Shown here: positions 7,833-10,352 of the stretch, one piece after another | How the letters are laid out: each line of letters starts with the position of its first letter | Numbering within the stretch: position 1 is the first letter of the stretch | Source: Thermotogota bacterium | GTDB lineage: Bacteria > Thermotogota > Thermotogae > Petrotogales > Kosmotogaceae | DNA: 10,352 nt | Direction of reading: 5' to 3' | NCBI GenBank assembly: GCA_034660555.1 | Contig: JAYEJL010000121.1 | Location: 1-10,352, forward strand | Notes under the pieces: model-generated | What the model was told of the DNA's origin: nothing | Database searches by the model: none | Seen by the model: only the letters and a program-made list of their open reading frames with translations | Made by a program: the position numbers and the translations under genes

Positions 7833-8936
7833 TCATTTTAATCTATTTTCTTCAAATGATTTTTGTATCAAATCTTTGGCATTTTGAAATCTTTGGATGC
7901 TATCAATTGCAAGCTCCACATCGCCTACCCCCCAATGTCCAATGTTTGAAACATCACGAACATATTCAGATAGGCCTTCTAAATCCGAATAATTTAACTT
8001 CAACCAAACACGAAGCCCACTTTTCTGAGTGTGAACACAACAAAAAATATTATTTCCATGTGAATATCTGGCATACTTGGCGAGATACTTTCTTTGAACC
8101 ATTGTTGGATCAAGCTCTCTACAAAATTTATCAATTGTCCGAAATAATTCAACAACTTCTCGTGGTTTTCCTTTTAAGTGATGTCCCTCACTATACTCTT
8201 TACCTCTTGCTCCAGTTCTCTCGGGATGTACAGAGTCTACACCAAATGTTGAAGAAATCTTGATCTCTGATGTTTGGGCCCAGAGCCTCTTGAGAGCTTT
8301 CTTAACTTGCATTGGTTTAATGGTATCATCTCCAATGGCGGAGCGTATAAGTCTGATAAATGTATTTGGAGGGTCCGTGAAAAGTTTATCTAAAGCTTTT
8401 CTTATCTTTCCTGTGGTGAAGATTTGTTCACCAATTTCGTCAAGTAGGCCTTTAGCCATTGCATCACGTGAGAAACGAGCAAATTGCTTTGCAACTTGTT
8501 GAATTGTCATGCCCTCGGTTTCTTTTGGATCAAGAGAAATTTCAAAAAGTAACTTATCAGGAGCTTCCGCCTTTTCGGTGGTGTGATAAACTTTGTAAGT
8601 AATGCCATTAGTAAGAATACTCCACTCAACACCAGCATTAGCAGCGTAACCGACTACTTGTGTAATCGATTTAACGTCTGTAAGTGAATCATTTAACGGT
8701 TTCGCCTCTATGAATAGAACTGGTTTGCGGTTTATTTTGGGTGCATAGTCAACGGACTTTCCATCAATAGTCGGATACTCAAGTTCCACTTCGTCTGGGT
8801 CTCTTACATCCCAGCCGAGAGCCTGAAGAAATGGATCTACGAATATTGTTCGTGTTGGATACTCTTTTAAGTTATCTTTTCGGTACTTATCCAATTTCAG
8901 CCGGAGGTCCTCAATACATTTGATTATGGTATCCAT
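7833..8936 (-). CDS. HsdR N-terminal-like PD-(D/E)xK endonuclease fused to C-terminal DUF5655-like domain (cassette 1)
   Basis: E..TR..FVDPFLQALGWDV..PDEV..EY...GKSVDY...LFIEAK...QVVGYA...EWSILTNG typical of HsdR-N-like nucleases. C-terminal RDVSNIGHWGVGDVEL typical of DUF5655. AGGAGGT RBS. No helicase motifs. Confidence 0.85.
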   Translation of the reverse strand: MDTIIKCIEDLRLKLDKYRKDNLKEYPTRTIFVDPFLQALGWDVRDPDEVELEYPTIDGKSVDYAPKINRKPVLFIEAKPLNDSLTDVKSITQVVGYAANAGVEWSILTNGITYKVYHTTEKAEAPDKLLFEISLDPKETEGMTIQQVAKQFARFSRDAMAKGLLDEIGEQIFTTGKIRKALDKLFTDPPNTFIRLIRSAIGDDTIKPMQVKKALKRLWAQTSEIKISSTFGVDSVHPERTGARGKEYSEGHHLKGKPREVVELFRTIDKFCRELDPTMVQRKYLAKYARYSHGNNIFCCVHTQKSGLRVWLKLNYSDLEGLSEYVRDVSNIGHWGVGDVELAIDSIQRFQNAKDLIQKSFEENRLK

Positions 8937-8957
8937 TTTTTACCTCCTGAACATTCC

Positions 8958-8985
8958 TGATAACTCATTTTTATGCGAAATTGTC
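8958..8985 (-). other. Putative attI-like entry site of the cassette array
   Basis: Minus strand GACAATTTCGCATAAAAATGA-GTTATCA. The core is complementary to cassette 1's inverse core, but no upstream AAC inverse core exists, so it is not an attC. Confidence 0.45.
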
Positions 8986-9028
8986 CGTATATACCTCCAG
9001 TCTGAGGATATATACGAAGTACTTCGTA
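8986..9028. repeat. Overlapping 12-bp bulged hairpin (8986-9016) and perfect 16-bp palindrome (9013-9028)
   Basis: CGTATATACCTC-cagtct-GAGG(A)TATATACG and TACGAAGT/ACTTCGTA. Confidence 0.85.
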
Positions 9029-9034
9029 AATACT

Positions 9035-9108
9035 CTTTTTATCAAAAGATAACATATTTTATCCTACAGAACAAATACAGAGCAAAAGAACAGATAAAAA
9101 ACCATACT
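9035..9108 (-). repeat. 74-bp direct repeat copy 1, containing a leftward sigma70-like promoter (TTGCTC-18-TAAAAT) facing the cassette array
   Basis: 67/74 identical to 9795-9868. On the minus strand, -35 is at 9085-9080 and -10 at 9061-9056. The repeat is directly visible; promoter function is inferred. Confidence 0.8.
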
Positions 9109-9411
9109 TAAGAAGTAATAGTGACAGACTTCTTTTTTTAGGAGATCCTTACTCCTCTTTACATCCTTCTCTTTCTCTAAATAAATTAGGCTTCAGAATT
9201 CCAAGAACGGTTGAATAGAACTGTATTAACACTTGGTTCAATAACGTGTCATTTTGGGAATTTTTAATCAAAGATAATAATAGGAGTTTATATTATGCAT
9301 TTTATATAGGTTTTCACATTATTAGGATACAGGGCTTTTATCTTTTTACAGCATCAATTTCACGCTGTCTCCATATAAGGATTGTTGATGAAAGATAATA
9401 ATGTTTTCCTC

Positions 9412-9756
9412 CTACTTTTGTCTAACTTCGAAAATCTTATCCAGTCTTTCTTCATTAGTAGGATCCATTTCAAATGGCTTTGTAAGCTTTTTACATGGAT
9501 AATCTTTGCATTCACCACAATTGTCAATATTTTTCTCAATACCACAAAACCTTATTTCACATTCATTGCAAAACCTAAACAACTTATCATTGTTTCCTGA
9601 ACATCCAAGGCAATTTATATCCTCTTTTCTGAGAACATAATCTTCATCGGAGAATTTTCTAGCAACTGTTTCTCTTAATGCGTCATCATCTTTTAGTGTT
9701 ACTTTATAGATTTCACAGTCTTCACAAAGGATTCCACAATAAGCGATTTTATTCAT
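9412..9756 (-). CDS. DUF3795-type Cys-rich protein
   Basis: IAYCGILCEDC...INCLGC...FCNECEIRFC...NCGECKDYPC..L pattern; GAGGTG RBS. Confidence 0.85.
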   Translation of the reverse strand: MNKIAYCGILCEDCEIYKVTLKDDDALRETVARKFSDEDYVLRKEDINCLGCSGNNDKLFRFCNECEIRFCGIEKNIDNCGECKDYPCKKLTKPFEMDPTNEERLDKIFEVRQK

Positions 9757-9794
9757 ATTTCACCTCTTAAAATTATGATAATAAAAACATTTTA

Positions 9795-9868
9795 CTTTTT
9801 ATCAAAAGATATCACATTTTATCCTGCAGAACAAAGATAGTGCAAAAGAACAGATAAAAAACTATACT
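9795..9868 (-). repeat. 74-bp direct repeat copy 2, containing a leftward sigma70-like promoter (TTGCAC-18-TAAAAT) upstream of the DUF3795 gene
   Basis: 67/74 identical to 9035-9108. On the minus strand, -35 is at 9845-9840 and -10 at 9821-9816. Confidence 0.8.
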
Positions 9869-9905
9869 GTATGGTACTATAATGACTAATACAGGAGGTA
9901 AAAGA

Positions 9906-10352
9906 ATGAACAAGATATCCATTAAAGAAGCAAGAGACCTGTACCCTTATTTGCGAAAAGAAAAAGAGTTTAATATTTTTATCATTGGAGATATTGAGAA
10001 TGCAAGTGATAATACAAAATTTATAGACATTTATATTGATGGGAATAAGAAAAACCCGACTGGTGTTTTACTTAGATACTACAACTACTTCATTATTTAT
10101 TCTCCTGGCGAGATGGATTATAAACAAGCAGCCAAAATAATTAGAGATTGGGGTAAAACACAGGTACTAAGCGGCAAAGAAAGCCATGTGAATGGGATTA
10201 AGAAGTATCTTGATGATTTAATCGAAGAAGAAAACAGAATGTATTTTTCCGCTCTCAAAGAACCAAATTTTACATCTTCTGATTATAAAATACAAAAGTT
10301 AACTCCTGAAAACACAGAAAAAGTGATTCAGTTATTGAATAGCATAGAAGAG
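9906..10352 (+). CDS. Probable GNAT-family acetyltransferase, N-terminal part (runs off the window; not in ORF track)
   Basis: AGGAGGT RBS, ATG 9906, open to the end: MNKISIKEARDLYPYLRKEKEFNIFIIGDIEN...GVLLRYYNYFIIYS...LSGK. The N.FIIGDIEN and LLRY motifs match the N-terminus of a common GNAT family. The acetyl-CoA motif would lie beyond the window. Confidence 0.65.
   Translation, partial: MNKISIKEARDLYPYLRKEKEFNIFIIGDIENASDNTKFIDIYIDGNKKNPTGVLLRYYNYFIIYSPGEMDYKQAAKIIRDWGKTQVLSGKESHVNGIKKYLDDLIEEENRMYFSALKEPNFTSSDYKIQKLTPENTEKVIQLLNSIEE

Larger units (their letters stand above)
6273..8964 (-). mobile_element. Integron-like gene cassette array (two complete cassettes; no integrase in window)
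   Basis: Same-strand genes, each unit starting at a GTT core and ending at its complementary inverse core: GTTATCAG (8964) with CCGATAAC (7826-7819), and GTTATACG (7751) with CGTATAAC (6355-6348). The two intervening sites are 81 and 82 bp with related right arms. Confidence 0.75.

Noticed and set aside
7833..8936. Complete type I restriction-modification system
   Set aside because: Only the nuclease-like N-terminal domain is present; no helicase motifs, hsdM or hsdS.
9013..9028. Palindrome as a LexA/SOS box
   Set aside because: Matches neither CTGT-N8-ACAG nor GAAC-N4-GTTC.
7856..9111. Plus-strand ORFs 7856-8263, 8260-8502, 8920-9111
   Set aside because: Antisense to the nuclease gene or spanning the promoter region. 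8920-9111 shows no tyrosine-recombinase motifs, so it is not an intI remnant.
9110..9600. Integrase remnant in 9110-9410; track ORFs 9360-9545 and 9382-9600
   Set aside because: No long ORF or recombinase motif visible in the gap; the two ORFs overlap the DUF3795 gene in other frames.

Overview
AT-rich bacterial window, probably from an anaerobe (gene content resembles Thermotogota/Firmicutes; taxonomy not provable here). Left to right: a 938-aa surface lipoprotein (Ig-like repeats plus a 7-bladed beta-propeller); a frameshifted heliorhodopsin followed by a 2H phosphoesterase; a minus-strand MNT-HEPN (mntA/hepT-type) toxin-antitoxin pair with a frameshifted toxin; and a 2x[4Fe-4S] ferredoxin with a Gly/Arg tail. 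Next is the main hidden structure, a minus-strand integron-like cassette array (about 8964 to 6273) with two ~81-82 bp attC-like sites, an attI-like entry site, a duplicated promoter module and no integrase in the window. Cassette 1 encodes an HsdR-N-like PD-(D/E)xK nuclease fused to DUF5655. Cassette 2 encodes a translationally coupled pair: a Cys-rich/Abi_C-type HEPN protein (263 aa after repairing one frameshift the ORF track misses) and a multi-zinc-ribbon protein, a candidate anti-phage system I do not recognise as named. The window ends with a DUF3795 Cys-rich gene and a truncated GNAT-like gene. Three short indels may be real or assembly errors.
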